NCBI RefSeq assembly: GCF_010672205.1
Contig: NZ_JAAHHD010000019.1
Location: forward strand, 31,963 to 95,962
Direction of reading: 5' to 3'
Length of the DNA stretch: 64,000 nt
Source of the DNA: Moorena sp. SIO3A5
GTDB taxonomy: Bacteria > Cyanobacteriota > Cyanobacteriia > Cyanobacteriales > Coleofasciculaceae
In this document: in pieces, positions 50,006 to 60,618 of the stretch
How the letters are laid out: every line of letters begins with the position of its first letter
Position numbering within the stretch: the stretch's first letter is position 1
Program-made: the position numbers and the translations under genes
Notes under the pieces: model-generated
Database searches by the model: none
The model's input: only the letters and a program-made list of their open reading frames with translations
What the model was told of the DNA's origin: nothing

Positions 50006-51445
50006 TTAACTGCTAGAAGTACCTAGCTGATCTACCAAGACCTGATCCTGACAAGACTGGTTTTGGGCTTTCTGTATTAGCTCTCGCATTTTATCAAGAT
50101 TATCTAAGGCTGACTTAAGCTGGCTTTGACGTAATTCTGATGATAGGGTAGAGTGGTCAGCTAGGTTTTCTAGAATAGCTTGAATAGTGTTGAGCAGGAT
50201 ACACAGTTGATAATCTTGAGTGGTACCCAATTTACTTTTGGGGTATTTGAAAGCCTCACACTGTTGGGAAGTATTTAATGCTTGACCCTCTATGGGTTGT
50301 GACAAAATCACTGTTAGTTCTCTGTTTTGGTCTGTGTTTTGGTCTGTGTTGGGTGGCTCTGATTTATGATTAAACCTATCTCCTGATAAAGCGATCGCAT
50401 TTTCTGCCACCTCCCCAGATTCTTCACCAGGGGGAATGGCTTTGTGGGATTTGTTCACGGATTCTTTGGCTGGGTCTAATTGCTCAACTGTTTGCTGCAA
50501 TGTCTCCACAATCCCATACATTTCCATTGGGTCAAACACTCGCAGCAGGGTTGTTTGGGTGACAATACCAATTTCTTTACCCCAATTCCAAGAGACCACC
50601 AATCGCCGCACACGACGCTTTTGCATTTCCTGATGAGCTGTCCATAGAGAATCCTCCGGACTCAGCAGAAATAGAGGTGTACTCATCACATCCTGAGCCT
50701 GGACTTTAGACAAATTCAGCTTGAGAGACTGAAATTGGACAATATCCCGCTCTGTGACAATCCCCACTGGCAGACAGTTATCCTGTCCATGGTCAGATGT
50801 AATCACCACACAACTAACTCGGTGCTTATTCATGAGTCGGGCTAAACTCAATACTGAGACAGTTGGAAGGGCATTAACCACCTGGGGGGTCATCACTTCT
50901 GATACCCGCCGTAACTTGAGCAGATTGGCTGGTCGCAATACCTGGCGAATTCGCTCTGGTGAGACAACACCCACTAGCTGACCATGATCATCCACAATTG
51001 GTAAGTGGCGAATCCGAAACCGACGAAATATAAATAAGGCGGCAAAGATATCCCGACAAGCAGTTTGAGGAAAGGTAATCACAGGCTGTGCCATGACCTC
51101 AGCTACTGTTACCTCTTCAAAGTTAATTCCATTAGCCGTTAGCCGGACAATATCGCGCTCAGTAAAGATTCCCAGCAACTTGTCTGATTCCATTACCAAA
51201 ACGCAGCTAGACCGTGGTTCACGAATGGTGAGCTGGTCTGATGGTGAGTGGAAATTGGGCAATGAACAACTTTTGCCTCCCTCCTGACTCATCAAAGCAA
51301 TTATGTCTATTAGGAGGGTCTCAGGAGCAACGATTAAAGGCTGATCGTCAATTGCTTCTTCTAGGGTTGGGGCGCAGATAAGTCGGTCGTTGAGTTGCAT
51401 AATTAATTTGATGGGTGAAATTCCGTGACCTACGACCGCCGCCAA
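50006..51445 (-). CDS. CBS-domain-pair-containing protein
   Basis: Multiple CBS-type segments (e.g. IRHLPIVDDHGQLVGVVS, VRRLVVSWNWGKEIGIVT). Confidence 0.6.
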   Translation of the reverse strand: MAAVVGHGISPIKLIMQLNDRLICAPTLEEAIDDQPLIVAPETLLIDIIALMSQEGGKSCSLPNFHSPSDQLTIREPRSSCVLVMESDKLLGIFTERDIVRLTANGINFEEVTVAEVMAQPVITFPQTACRDIFAALFIFRRFRIRHLPIVDDHGQLVGVVSPERIRQVLRPANLLKLRRVSEVMTPQVVNALPTVSVLSLARLMNKHRVSCVVITSDHGQDNCLPVGIVTERDIVQFQSLKLNLSKVQAQDVMSTPLFLLSPEDSLWTAHQEMQKRRVRRLVVSWNWGKEIGIVTQTTLLRVFDPMEMYGIVETLQQTVEQLDPAKESVNKSHKAIPPGEESGEVAENAIALSGDRFNHKSEPPNTDQNTDQNRELTVILSQPIEGQALNTSQQCEAFKYPKSKLGTTQDYQLCILLNTIQAILENLADHSTLSSELRQSQLKSALDNLDKMRELIQKAQNQSCQDQVLVDQLGTSSS

Positions 51446-51826
51446 CCGCTTAAAACTATGGCGCTGGTGTATTTACTGAGCCTGGGTTTTTTTAGAGGGA
51501 TGTTACGGACAAATCCCGTAAACCCATAAATAATATGCACATAACTTGTATAAAGGTATATAATAAATAGATGTTACAGCAAAATAACCTTTAACCCTTA
51601 TATGACCTAGCTTTTGGCTTTTAGAGGTTGCCAGGGAGCCTGGGACTTTAACCATGTGGGCTTAGGGGCAAATAATTAGGCATTGCTGACCTAGCTTGGC
51701 AATTGTCCGATGGCATTGTCCAATGGCATTGTCCGATGGAATTGTCCGATGGAATTGTCCGATCAGGTTCTCTGGCTTATCTAACTTTGTGTTGAAGGTG
51801 TTCTAACTACTTTACCAGCTTGGAGC

Positions 51827-52192
51827 TTACTCTTTTAAGTTCCCTTGACTGGGGTTTTGAGGCAAAGTAGACAACCTAGGGGTTCTACCGTATAGCCGGT
51901 CTAAAACCCGTTTAACCGAGATCCGTTTCCACTGCTGACCACGCTTGGTTGTATAGCCATGGTGATTGAGCCAGTTAGCGATTTGTTGTAATGACTTGCC
52001 CGATTTATGGTGACGGCGAATTAACTCAATTACATGCTGTTCTTGGGGATCATCCACCAACTCACCATTTAGGGCCCGTTGACCGAAGGCCGGTGAACCA
52101 TAACCTGCATAGCCACCCATAGTTGCCTTCGCTTGTCTACCTTGGTTTAGCCTTTCGATCAGGCTATCCCTTTCTAATTCCTCAGCAGCCAT
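51827..52192 (-). pseudogene. fragment of a large serine recombinase (central 'recombinase' domain only)
   Basis: GGYAGYGSPAFGQ...LIRRHHKSGKSLQQIANWLNHHGYTTKRGQQWKRISVKRVLDRLYGR matches the recombinase-domain consensus. The N-terminal resolvase catalytic domain and C-terminal domains are absent. Confidence 0.55.
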
Positions 52193-52390
52193 AACTTAAT
52201 GCATCAAGCAACTTCATACAACTATGGTAAACCAAACTATAGCCTTAGCCATCCTGGTTATTACAGCTATTCAAACCGATTAACCGCCCCTCTTTTTAAG
52301 GGAAGATAAAAGTGGTAACTATGTTGATCATTGACCGTTGATCCTTGACTATAAGTTTGTGGTAGTTTTCAAAAATTTAAGGAGTATATC

Positions 52391-52717
52391 ATGAGTACAG
52401 TGCCTTACATCAAAGACAGTGAATTTGATTCAATTTTAACCTATGAAGGGCCAGTAGTCGTGGATTTTACAGCCCCTTGGTGTGGTCCATGTCGTAAGAT
52501 TAGTCCTTTCATGGAACAACTTGCTGAAGACTACAAAGATCGCGTTCAGGTCGTAAAAATCGATATTGATGCCGACAAAGCTACTGCCAAAAAATACAGG
52601 ATACGCAGTATTCCTGCTGTGCTGATTTTTAAGGGCGGTGAGGTGGTAGAAAATATTGTAGGAGTTGTTCCCTATGAAAAATTTACTGCCGCCCTTGAAA
52701 AGCAACTTCAGGGTTAA
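52391..52717 (+). CDS. trxA: thioredoxin
   Basis: WCGPCR active site, 108 aa. Confidence 0.9.
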   Translation: MSTVPYIKDSEFDSILTYEGPVVVDFTAPWCGPCRKISPFMEQLAEDYKDRVQVVKIDIDADKATAKKYRIRSIPAVLIFKGGEVVENIVGVVPYEKFTAALEKQLQG

Positions 52718-52812
52718 TTAAAAACAGAAAAATTTAAAAAACTTTCTGAATTATGAGTTAAATTCTGACTTATTTCCTTCAAGCAATGACATGTAAATGA
52801 GGAGAATCGGCA

Positions 52813-53139
52813 ATGGAGACTACTCAATCAGTCCGATGTCCCAACTGTGGGAATATGGCTCAACGTCACTACTTAATCGGTTCTCAAGCATCACATTATG
52901 CTTGTGCTGGAGATCAGGTCACCAAAACTGAATGCCCAGTTTGTGACTATTTAATGGTGATGTGTGCTGTGAGCGGTAATGTGATTGAAGCTTACGCACC
53001 AGGTAGACAAGTTATGGCTAATTCCGGCAAATTTACCGAAGTAGTGAACAGAGAAAGGCCTGCTATGATAGAAGTAGGAATGAATCGCCGCAACAGGTTA
53101 GTGGCTAGTAGAAAATATCAATTAACTACTGTAGGGTAA
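52813..53139 (+). CDS. hypothetical protein with two CxxC pairs (zinc-ribbon-like)
   Basis: CPNCG ... CPVCD. Confidence 0.4.
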   Translation: METTQSVRCPNCGNMAQRHYLIGSQASHYACAGDQVTKTECPVCDYLMVMCAVSGNVIEAYAPGRQVMANSGKFTEVVNRERPAMIEVGMNRRNRLVASRKYQLTTVG

Positions 53140-53244
53140 AACAGGTAAGCTATCAGCTATTAGCTGATAGCTTAAGGCAAAAGGACACTGGGATATATCT
53201 TCTTTATTTGATTTCAATAATAGACAGTTGAAAGGCACAACAGC

Positions 53245-55128
53245 TTATCGAGTATATTGCTGAATTTTGGCTTGAGCTCTGGCATAGGCGGAGGTACCTT
53301 CAGGAATTTGTCTCAAATAATCCAAAGCCTTAGTGTAGTTGTTCAAAACAGCTTGATTATCAGCCATCTTTAATAGATAGTTAGCCCTAATTTCTTGCTT
53401 AGCGGTATAGTCAACAATTTTTGACTGAGCCTTAGCATAGGCATCGGTATGTTTAGGAATTTTTTTCAAATATACCAATGCACCGGTAAAGTCTTGCTGA
53501 GCGGCTCGATTGTAAGCCTGCTGAAGAAGAAAGTTCGCTTTGATGTTTCGCTTTTGAGTGTACTCAGGAACTTTTTCTTGAATTGTAGCGTAGGCTTTTG
53601 TTCCCTTTGGGATTTGTTTAAATGTGTTGAGTGCACCAGTAAAGTCTCTCTCGATAGCCTGGTTGTAAGCTTGCTCTAGTAACTGGTAAGCTTCCTTCTC
53701 AAGATTGGCTTGAGCTTGGCTGACCATAGGTTCTATTTGCTGTTGCCAGAAGACAATATTAGGAATCTGACTAGCCTGCTCAACTACCTCTAGCCACTTC
53801 TGTTGGTCAAAGGCGGTTTTGATGAGGGGGAATAGGGCTTTGGCATCTTTCCAATCCTTTTGCCACTGAGCGATCGCATTTTGAGCATCCTGATAGTCTT
53901 CACTATCTTCCGGAATCGATTTTACCAGGTTCAGTGCTGCTTCTAAATCTCCTTCCTGGTACTTTTGCTCAGCCTGTGCTAGCTTAGTTTCTGCCTGGTT
54001 GGGAGTCTTGAGTAAAAAGTAGCCTCCAGCTACGACTAATAAGGCTAGATATGTGGAAACTCCGATTGCGGTGAGATTAAGTCCACTAGCCCTTCTTTTA
54101 GGAATAGTAGGCACAGAGGGAAAATAAGTTTCCTCTGTTTCCTCTGTTTCCTCTGTTTCCTCTGTTTCCTCGGTTTGAAGAGTCTCTGGTTCAATTGGCT
54201 CAAGCAGAGTATCGTCAGTTTTTTCTTTGTAGGGGTTTGGGGATGTTGGTGGTGCTGGGGACATTGGTAAGTTTATAGATGGTTTAGAACTAGTTAAGGA
54301 ATGGAGTGCCTCCAAAACCTGATCAGCAGACTGGTAACGGTCTTTGAAGTAATAGCGCACCATCTGCTGAATAATGGCAGCGAAATCTTTAGTGACTGTG
54401 GCGTAGTCCTGCCAAAGGGCTTCTCCGGTTAATGGGTCTTCTTCTAGCTGTATGGGTTTGAGTCCTGTGAGTGCCTCAATGCCAATCATCCCTACAGCAT
54501 ATAGGTCACTACAGGGACGAGGTTTACCCAGAACCTGCTCTGTTGGTATATACCCGAATGCGCCCAAAGCCGCTATGGCACTAAATTGAACACCAACTAA
54601 TGGTGTCCGCACCTGCTTAATACCGCTAAAGTCAGTTAAAACTAACTTGCTATCGTCTGATCGTCGGATCAGATTGTCTGGCTTGATATCACCATGAATC
54701 ACCCCTTGGCGATGGACAAATGCCAAAATTTCTAAAACCTCTTGTAGCAGAGTAATCAATCTGCTTTCACTCCAAGGTTGATTGAGTTCCTCACTCAGGG
54801 GTCGTCCAGGGATGAAATCTTGAACTATGTAGAAGCTATGGTCAATTTCTAGGCAATCTAAAATTTGGGCAACTTGGTCATGCTGACAGATAATCTCCAA
54901 AATTTTAGTTTCACGACGAAATATATCTTTTGCAGCTTGCCAGCAGTCAGGGTCATCACTAACAGGACGGAATTGTCTAACAATACATTGGGGATTTCCC
55001 GGTCGGTAAGTGTCTACCGCAATATAAGTTTGACCCCAGCTCACACGGTTAAGGATGTCAATAACTTGATAACGTCCATTGATTAACTGTTCTGGTCCTG
55101 CCCCTGGGCTAAACGCTAGTCTAGACAT
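53245..55128 (-). CDS. serine/threonine protein kinase with an (EET)n acidic repeat, a TM segment and a C-terminal helical repeat region
   Basis: Kinase motifs HGDIKPDNL, DFG and APE (IPTEQ). ETEETEETEETEETY repeat encoded by 9-bp tandem copies. Confidence 0.8.
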   Translation of the reverse strand: MSRLAFSPGAGPEQLINGRYQVIDILNRVSWGQTYIAVDTYRPGNPQCIVRQFRPVSDDPDCWQAAKDIFRRETKILEIICQHDQVAQILDCLEIDHSFYIVQDFIPGRPLSEELNQPWSESRLITLLQEVLEILAFVHRQGVIHGDIKPDNLIRRSDDSKLVLTDFSGIKQVRTPLVGVQFSAIAALGAFGYIPTEQVLGKPRPCSDLYAVGMIGIEALTGLKPIQLEEDPLTGEALWQDYATVTKDFAAIIQQMVRYYFKDRYQSADQVLEALHSLTSSKPSINLPMSPAPPTSPNPYKEKTDDTLLEPIEPETLQTEETEETEETEETEETYFPSVPTIPKRRASGLNLTAIGVSTYLALLVVAGGYFLLKTPNQAETKLAQAEQKYQEGDLEAALNLVKSIPEDSEDYQDAQNAIAQWQKDWKDAKALFPLIKTAFDQQKWLEVVEQASQIPNIVFWQQQIEPMVSQAQANLEKEAYQLLEQAYNQAIERDFTGALNTFKQIPKGTKAYATIQEKVPEYTQKRNIKANFLLQQAYNRAAQQDFTGALVYLKKIPKHTDAYAKAQSKIVDYTAKQEIRANYLLKMADNQAVLNNYTKALDYLRQIPEGTSAYARAQAKIQQYTR

Positions 55129-55619
55129 ACGCTTCTTACTAACCGCTTACGTTGATGTTTCCTGTGAAAGTGTTATTCATGGTGCTTCACAGCAAGGAGA
55201 GGAATAGGCCGAAGGTGGCGAAGAATGGAACAATGGAAGAATAAAGTATTTCTGATCTCCGTGATCTGAGCTATTTCCCCTATCTGCCCATTAGACTAGA
55301 TACTATTGAGCAGATTAAACAGCCCTAAGGGGGGACAGAGAGTAGAGACGGTAGAATTTGCCAATAGTTTCAGATCAGCCATCACGAATACCTCAGTACC
55401 GTTAGACACTCCTCAAGGAAAGTTACACTTAATCTATTCTTCAGCCATCAGCTGCTCGATCCGGATGCTCATAAACAAGCTCTGTGCAAAGGGGTGATGG
55501 AATAATGGAATAATGGGATAATGGGATAATAGGGTGATATGTAGTATTCTTTTTTGGATTTCATATTACTGTTGGCCCTTTTGCCTTTATGCTGGAAAAG
55601 GGGCGATAGTAAGACAAGT

Positions 55620-56537
55620 ATGACCATTCATCAAAAACAATCAATCCAAATTTCTGTTGTTGGAGACATTCATCAACTGTGGGAAGCGGAAGATGCTATA
55701 GCTCTTGAGCAGTTGGGTGTGGATCTGGTCTTATTTGTCGGGGATTTCGGCAATGAGGCGGTGGATATAGTCCAGATGATTGCTGCTATTGACCTACCCA
55801 AGGCAGTGATTATGGGAAACCATGATGCTTGGTATACTGCCTCGGAATGGGGAAGGAAAAAGTGTCCTTATGACCATGAAGTAGAAGATAGGGTACAGCA
55901 ACAGTTGAACCTACTGGGGTCAACCCATGTGGGTTATGGTTACCTTGACTTCCCAGATTTAAATCTCTCTGTAGTTGGTGCTCGCCCTTACAGTTGGGGC
56001 GGGCAGAGTTGGCGGAATAAGAAGTTTTACAGGGAACAGTATGGGATTAATAGCTTTTCTGAATCAGTGGAGCGCATTTTAGCAGCAGTGCGTAGTGCGG
56101 CTTACGAAACGGTAATCTTGATCGGTCATAATGGTCCGACGGGACTAGGTGATCAAGCAGAAGCTCCCTGTGGGAAAGACTGGTATCCTGCTGGTGGTGA
56201 TCATGGGGACCCGGATTTGGAAGATGCGATCGCAAAAACCTATTCCTTGGGTAAAAACATTCCCTTAGTCACCTTTGGTCATATGCACCACATCCTAAAG
56301 CACACCAAAGACCGACTACGAACAATGATTGTTACTAGTCCGGAAGGGACTGTATACTTAAATGCAGCCAGTGTGCCTCGAATTATCGAAACTGATACAG
56401 ACCGATTGCGGAATTTTTCGATAGTGTCTCTCAAAGGCGGTATAGTGGATCAAGTCTCCCTGGTCTGGGTGGGTAAGGATTACTCAGTAGTATCTAAAGA
56501 ATTGCTTTACGAGACTTCTGAAGCGTTGGTGGTATAA
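55620..56537 (+). CDS. calcineurin-like metallophosphoesterase
   Basis: GDIHQ, GDFGNE and GNHD motifs. The ORF begins at 55554, but Met23 is the likely start. Confidence 0.65.
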   Translation: MTIHQKQSIQISVVGDIHQLWEAEDAIALEQLGVDLVLFVGDFGNEAVDIVQMIAAIDLPKAVIMGNHDAWYTASEWGRKKCPYDHEVEDRVQQQLNLLGSTHVGYGYLDFPDLNLSVVGARPYSWGGQSWRNKKFYREQYGINSFSESVERILAAVRSAAYETVILIGHNGPTGLGDQAEAPCGKDWYPAGGDHGDPDLEDAIAKTYSLGKNIPLVTFGHMHHILKHTKDRLRTMIVTSPEGTVYLNAASVPRIIETDTDRLRNFSIVSLKGGIVDQVSLVWVGKDYSVVSKELLYETSEALVV

Positions 56538-56585
56538 AACTTTGTATAGATGGTCGCCATCCGAGCCCACGGATTGTTAATATAG

Positions 56586-56670
56586 ATTTGCCAGGAGAGG
56601 TGGCAGAGTGGTCGATTGCACTCGACTTGAAATCGAGCGAGCCGAAAGGCTCCGGGAGTTCGAATCTCCC
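56586..56670 (+). tRNA. tRNA-Ser (anticodon UGA), type II with a long variable arm
   Basis: 85-nt cloverleaf: acceptor GGAGAGG/CCTCTCC, anticodon stem CTCGA/TCGAG with loop CTTGAAA, variable arm CGAGCCGAAAGGCTCCG, T-loop TTCGAAT. CCA is not encoded. Confidence 0.85.
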
Positions 56671-56759
56671 CCTCTCCGTTTTATAGATTATATTTGTTCA
56701 AAGTTGAGACTTGAGGGTTGAGGGTCAACCCTCAAATTTTTTCTTTCTTGATGCAAAGG

Positions 56760-57125
56760 GCGAGTCAGAAAGTAGGTTTAAGTTGATGTAGGGTGGGCAG
56801 TGCATCAGACAGATAATGAAGCTTGCCAAGGGGGTTGGTAGGCACTGCCCACCCTAGGATTCTTGATGCAGTAGCCAATGGGGAAGGTAGGTTTAAGTTG
56901 ATGTAGGGTGGGCAGTGCATCAGACAGATAATGAAGCTTGCCAAGGGGGTTGGTAGGCACTGCCCACCCTAGGATTCTTGATGCAGTAGCCAATGGGGAA
57001 AGTAGGTTTAAGTTGATGTAGGGTGGGCAGTGCATCAGACAGATAATGAAGCTTGCCAAGGGGGTTGGTAGGCACTGCCCACCCTAGGATTCTACGATTC
57101 ATGACAATGGTGCAAGATCTCAGTT
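56760..57125. repeat. three tandem ~117-bp copies of the GGGTGGGCA-hairpin MITE-like element plus the conserved tail, immediately 3' of tRNA-Ser
   Basis: Read directly. The spurious ORFs 56805-57059 and 56920-57102 lie inside it. Confidence 0.85.
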
Positions 57126-57134
57126 TAAGTAGGT

Positions 57135-57689
57135 TTAGTTTGCTCCATTGCCAATAAATCCCATTACTAGGCTGTCCGGAGCCAGGAAATGACTCAAGTG
57201 ATAAGCTCGCTCTTCAGTCTTGAGCAAGATTTTCTCATAGAGATAGCGGGTGGCTCGATCGCCCAGGCTTTCTGCTTGAGCGGCTTGACTGCGTACTAAC
57301 TGAATGATTGACTGCTCAGCTGCTAAGTCATGCTCTACCATCTGGCGAGAGTTGTAAACTCCATCAGATTCAGGAGTGAAGCAGCACAATTCAGCTAATT
57401 TGGCAAAACTAGTAGCTGGAATTCCTCCTAGTCCATTCAAACGCTCTCCTAAGTCATGGACATGGTCTTGAGCATCCTCGTAGCTTTCTTCAAAGAACTT
57501 ATGCAAGGAGTAAAATTCTGATCCTTCCACAACAAAGTGGTGTTTTTGATATTGCAGATACAACCCTTGGAAGCTGGCTAAAGCTATGTTTAATCCTTCA
57601 CAAACTGGGGTAGTAACGTTTTTTTCCAGCAAAATTGGATTGTCAGCAATTTCACCAAAGGAGCGTAGTAGACCCTGAGTTGTAGACAT
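57135..57689 (-). CDS. dps: Dps-family DNA-protection/ferritin-like protein
   Basis: [24 protein letters not shown]...[10 protein letters not shown] ferroxidase-site region. Confidence 0.8.
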   Translation of the reverse strand: MSTTQGLLRSFGEIADNPILLEKNVTTPVCEGLNIALASFQGLYLQYQKHHFVVEGSEFYSLHKFFEESYEDAQDHVHDLGERLNGLGGIPATSFAKLAELCCFTPESDGVYNSRQMVEHDLAAEQSIIQLVRSQAAQAESLGDRATRYLYEKILLKTEERAYHLSHFLAPDSLVMGFIGNGAN

Positions 57690-58003
57690 AATAGTGTTCT
57701 CCTATCGTTTTCATTAAGTGTGGCTTATTGCCATGCTTTTAAGTAGGCTAACACATATCATTTTATTTAACCTAGACTCTGAAATGTCCCTAATAACACA
57801 ATTTTTAACTTTTTCAGAACCTCTATTGAGGATAATTTGTGATAGATTAGTTGAGATAGATTTTCTATTAGTCACGACTCCGTGAACGGGATTTGTCTTG
57901 GTTAAATCGGCTTAAACCCAGCAAATTATAAAGATTCAGTCCACAAAAATGGCCATTTTTAAGGTTGATTAAAGAAAAACAGTGTTCCTAGAGGTAAATA
58001 ACT

Positions 58004-58561
58004 ATGTCTAAGTTTAAAGAGCCAGTCTCAGAGTTTAGTGTAGTAGGACAGTTATTAGACTTTGTCATTAAGGATGGCTATAAAATCAAGTACTTAAGAA
58101 TTACTGTTTCAAATATCGAATATTGGATTAAGTTATCTAAACCTCTCAGAAAGAGCTTGGATCCAGCCATTATCCCTGGGGCGTGGATTGAGGTGAGTGG
58201 CACCAGCAAACTAAAGCTCAAAACTGGGAAACTGAAACTGAAAGCCTATGAGGTGAGCCTTGCTGCTCCCCCCCACCAGCAGCCAACAACTGTTTTGGTT
58301 CCCAAAACTCCCACCCGGAAAGCGAGCATTTTAGTTTGTCAGAAATCCAGTTGCCGGAAACGGGGGGGTCAAGCGGTCTGTAATGCGATCGCATCGAGTT
58401 TAAAGGACCATGGTTTAGAAGACCAAGTCAAAATTAAAGAAACTGGCTGCCTCAAACAGTGCAAACATGGCCCCAACCTGGTGATGATGCCAGACAAAGC
58501 TCGCTACAGCGAAGTGGCTCCCCAGCAAATTCCCACCCTGATCGAACGACACTTTGTCTGA
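58004..58561 (+). CDS. protein with a C-terminal thioredoxin-like [2Fe-2S] ferredoxin domain
   Basis: Four Cys in C-x4-C ... C-x3-C spacing (LVCQKSSCRKRGG ... TGCLKQCKHGPNLVMMPD). Confidence 0.6.
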   Translation: MSKFKEPVSEFSVVGQLLDFVIKDGYKIKYLRITVSNIEYWIKLSKPLRKSLDPAIIPGAWIEVSGTSKLKLKTGKLKLKAYEVSLAAPPHQQPTTVLVPKTPTRKASILVCQKSSCRKRGGQAVCNAIASSLKDHGLEDQVKIKETGCLKQCKHGPNLVMMPDKARYSEVAPQQIPTLIERHFV

Positions 58562-58563
58562 AG

Positions 58564-58953
58564 TTAGCCCATCAGTGGACTCCCGTGATGATGCACCAAA
58601 TACCAAGAGCCAGCCATAAGCTCAAACGTATTGGTTGCTATGGATTCTGCCTGAATCCTTCTACCCTTGCTAACTTGCAACACTTTTTCTAGCACAACAA
58701 CGTAGGCAAGAGTGTCCCTGACCTCAGTAGCAATAATCTCTGGTTCAATTTCCAGGTATTGGGTATTCTTGAATATCGCTTCCCAAGATGAGCTAATGTC
58801 CCGCCAACCTTTGATTACATCACGTCCAGGGTGAATACAAAGACTACCAGTGCCTTGAGACCAGACCTTACTCATGGCTTCAATGTCCTTTTTCTCAAAA
58901 GCTCGATAGAATGCTGTGTTGGCAGCTAAAACCTCTGTGCGATCGCTACTCAT
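58564..58953 (-). CDS. NTF2-like/SnoaL-like small protein
   Basis: 129 aa; fold-family guess from the pattern AFEKKDIEAMSKVWSQ...W..HHH. Confidence 0.4.
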   Translation of the reverse strand: MSSDRTEVLAANTAFYRAFEKKDIEAMSKVWSQGTGSLCIHPGRDVIKGWRDISSSWEAIFKNTQYLEIEPEIIATEVRDTLAYVVVLEKVLQVSKGRRIQAESIATNTFELMAGSWYLVHHHGSPLMG

Positions 58954-59022
58954 AATTTTTTGTTAAGTTTCACAATTGTGAATAGATTTAATTATATATA
59001 GTTCAATAGGATTAATCACATC

Positions 59023-59395
59023 TAAGCATTCAGCAGTCAGTGGTCAGCATTCAGCAGTCAGCAGTCAGCAGTCAGCAGTCAGTGGTCAGTGGTCAGTGGT
59101 CAGCCGTTGGCCAATAGACATCTCCAGAAACTCGGTTTTGACCCAGGCAGTGCAAGGGTTTGAGGTTAATTTTTGGAGATGTCTATTGGCCACTCAAGTA
59201 TCGTGGCACAGGCTTCTAGCCTGTGAGGTAACCCATAGGGCATAAGCTGTTCAAGTACCGTGCGCTATGGGCATAAACTCATAGCTAATAGCACCTCAAG
59301 TAGCGTGCCCGTAGGGCATTAGCTGATAACTGATAGCTGACCGCTGATAGCTGACCGCTGATAGCTGACCGCTGACCGCTGAATGCTTACGGATT
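59023..59395. repeat. STRR-type palindromic island: CAGCAGT/CAGTGGT heptamers, a central structured segment, then CTGATAG/CTGACCG heptamers, bracketed by inverted ctaagcattcagc ... gctgaatgcttac
   Basis: Read directly. Confidence 0.85.
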
Positions 59396-59446
59396 GCGCT
59401 CTTGGAGCCGTATCATAAATATGGGTGAGATTATCTTAATGGTGGC

Positions 59447-60310
59447 ATGGAAACAATTTGGGAACTCGATTTTTACTCCCGCCCAATTTTGGACGAAAAT
59501 CAGAAGAAACTTTGGGAAGTCTTAATTTGCGAGAGTCCTTTGGACATCAATCTCTCACCTGAGACACTGTTTCAATACGCCAGTTGGTGTCCCAACCAGC
59601 AGGTGAATTCAATTTGGTTGGGGCAGGCTTTGGCAGATGCGATCGCAAAAGCTCAACAGCCACCAAGCAAGATTCGCTTCTTTCGGCGTCAGATGAACAA
59701 TATGATTACCAAAGCCTGTAATGAGCTGAATATTCCAGCTCAACCCAGCCGTCGCACCTATGCTTTGGAGCGATGGTTAAAACAAAGGATAGAAGACTTT
59801 TATCCCAATCAACCAGGCTATGACCCCGCAGCCGCTGCTTCCTCATTTGTCCGTTATCAATCCCCCATCCCTAAACCATTACCCGATGCTTTGCAGGGAC
59901 AAAAGTGGGCAGTTGTAAGTCTACAAGCCGCTGCCTTTGAGGAAATGAACGAGTGGGAGATTGACTTTGGTGAAGCCTTCCCAGTCTCGATCATGGACAT
60001 TGCCCCAGAAACGCCCATTCCCGGTGTGATTATATTTTCCCAACGAGCCAAACCCCTAGCAGCATGGATGTCAGGTTTGGAGCTATCCTTTGTCAGACTT
60101 GACACTACTGATGATAAGCCAAAGTTGTTACTGGAAACTGGTGCCAATGATAGCTGGATTCTCGCTAACTTGACCAAATCCCAAATTCTGGCAGAGGCAA
60201 AAAGCTTTGAAGAAGCAAAGCAGAACGCTAATCTTGTCCATTTTCTGGCCGTACAATCGAGTCCAACTTCAGAACAGTTTGCTGGATTTTGGCTATGCCG
60301 GGAGTTATAA
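59447..60310 (+). CDS. Tab2-family (DUF1092) RNA-binding protein homolog
   Basis: N-terminal WELDFYSRPILDENQKKLWEVLIC matches my recollection of cyanobacterial Tab2/Atab2 homologs. Confidence 0.55.
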   Translation: METIWELDFYSRPILDENQKKLWEVLICESPLDINLSPETLFQYASWCPNQQVNSIWLGQALADAIAKAQQPPSKIRFFRRQMNNMITKACNELNIPAQPSRRTYALERWLKQRIEDFYPNQPGYDPAAAASSFVRYQSPIPKPLPDALQGQKWAVVSLQAAAFEEMNEWEIDFGEAFPVSIMDIAPETPIPGVIIFSQRAKPLAAWMSGLELSFVRLDTTDDKPKLLLETGANDSWILANLTKSQILAEAKSFEEAKQNANLVHFLAVQSSPTSEQFAGFWLCREL

Positions 60311-60618
60311 CACAAGGCAACAGGCAACAGGCAACAGGCAACAGGCAACAGCCAGAAGGTAAAAATAAATTGTGAGAATTTTTGTTACCTGCTCCCGACT
60401 CCCGACTCCCTCGGTGCGCTTTCCGTAGGCGAATTAAATTCGCCACGGGTCGCACCGCTCCCGACTCCCTTTGCTATAGAGAATATGGGATACAAAAGAA
60501 CCCGTAGAACAGGTGATTGTTCTACGGGTTCTGAAAGTCCTGGCGCAGCCTCAGGGGTAGTCAAGGCTATTAGCAGCATTACTCATATCACACTAGGCTG
60601 CCCCGAGCAGGAGTGTTA

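Noticed and set aside
56805-57102. Two 60-84-aa minus-strand ORFs downstream of tRNA-Ser
   Set aside because: They are translations of the tandem MITE-like hairpin repeats and are near-identical to each other only because the DNA is repeated.
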